A DNA stretch of 48,689 bases from the IMG/VR virus record IMGVR_UViG_3300045988_074363. One strand, 5' to 3'. The translations under genes and the position numbers were made by a program. Under the pieces are notes generated by a model. The model searched no databases, had not been told where the DNA came from, and worked only from the letters and a program-made list of their open reading frames with translations. Below are positions 48,643 through 48,689 of this stretch, in pieces. How positions within the stretch are numbered: position 1 is the first letter of the stretch; each line of letters begins with the position of its first letter. This stretch comes from a virus.

Positions 48643-48689
48643 GATATTCCACGGGGCGGTTAGGCCGTCGGTTTCCGGGGTGTAGAAGT
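48635..48689. repeat. Terminal direct repeat, copy 2 (identical to 1-55)
   Basis: See the 1-55 feature. Confidence 0.85.

Larger units (their letters stand above)
48363..48689 (-). pseudogene. Phage Dam-family N6-adenine methyltransferase, 3-prime portion. The frame is broken at the G9 tract.
   Basis: Downstream of the tract, the frame reads GSVFCNPPYGRALGAWVRKAYEEAQAGTTVVLLIPARTDTAYFHDYIYGKAEIRFLRGRLHF..., with NPPY as the catalytic motif. With nine G, the N-terminal frame (from 185) instead runs out of frame and terminates. With eight G, the two parts join in frame. Confidence 0.8.

Overview
The window looks like a complete, circularly assembled genome of a tailed dsDNA phage with a contractile tail. 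Bases 1-55 repeat exactly at 48635-48689, which gives about 48,634 unique bp. Strong GGAGG-type ribosome-binding sites (RBS), XhlA and LL-H-type holins, and a GH73/amidase/LysM endolysin suggest a GC-rich Gram-positive (Clostridia-like) host; that host call is inference.

Almost all genes are on the minus strand. In transcription order they are:
- A lambda-type packaging and head module: HTH small terminase, Nu1-like protein, GpA-type TerL, gpW, portal, ClpP/S49 protease, decoration protein, E-type capsid.
- A P2/Mu-type contractile tail and baseplate: sheath, tube, chaperone with a -1 frameshift, tape measure, X, D, V, U-like, W, J, I.
- Small fibre-region genes.
- A complete diversity-generating retroelement (DGR): target, avd, template repeat (TR), reverse transcriptase (RT).
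- A lysis cassette.
- An IS30-family transposase.
- A block of DNA-modification and replication genes: two methyltransferases, a PAPS-reductase-like protein, a GNAT-like protein, ASCH, an HUH rolling-circle Rep, HD, DUF1064 and a sigma-r4-like activator.

A short plus-strand operon (33.9-37.8 kb) starts at a four-operator divergent switch. It is punctuated by a family of structured GC-rich intergenic repeats.

The most notable observations are:
- One TR serves two variable regions (VRs). The second VR lies in a remote gene outside the tail module (45938-47116).
- A G9 homopolymer breaks the Dam-like methyltransferase exactly at the assembly junction.
- I could not recognise any integrase.

No tRNA, rRNA or CRISPR array was seen.
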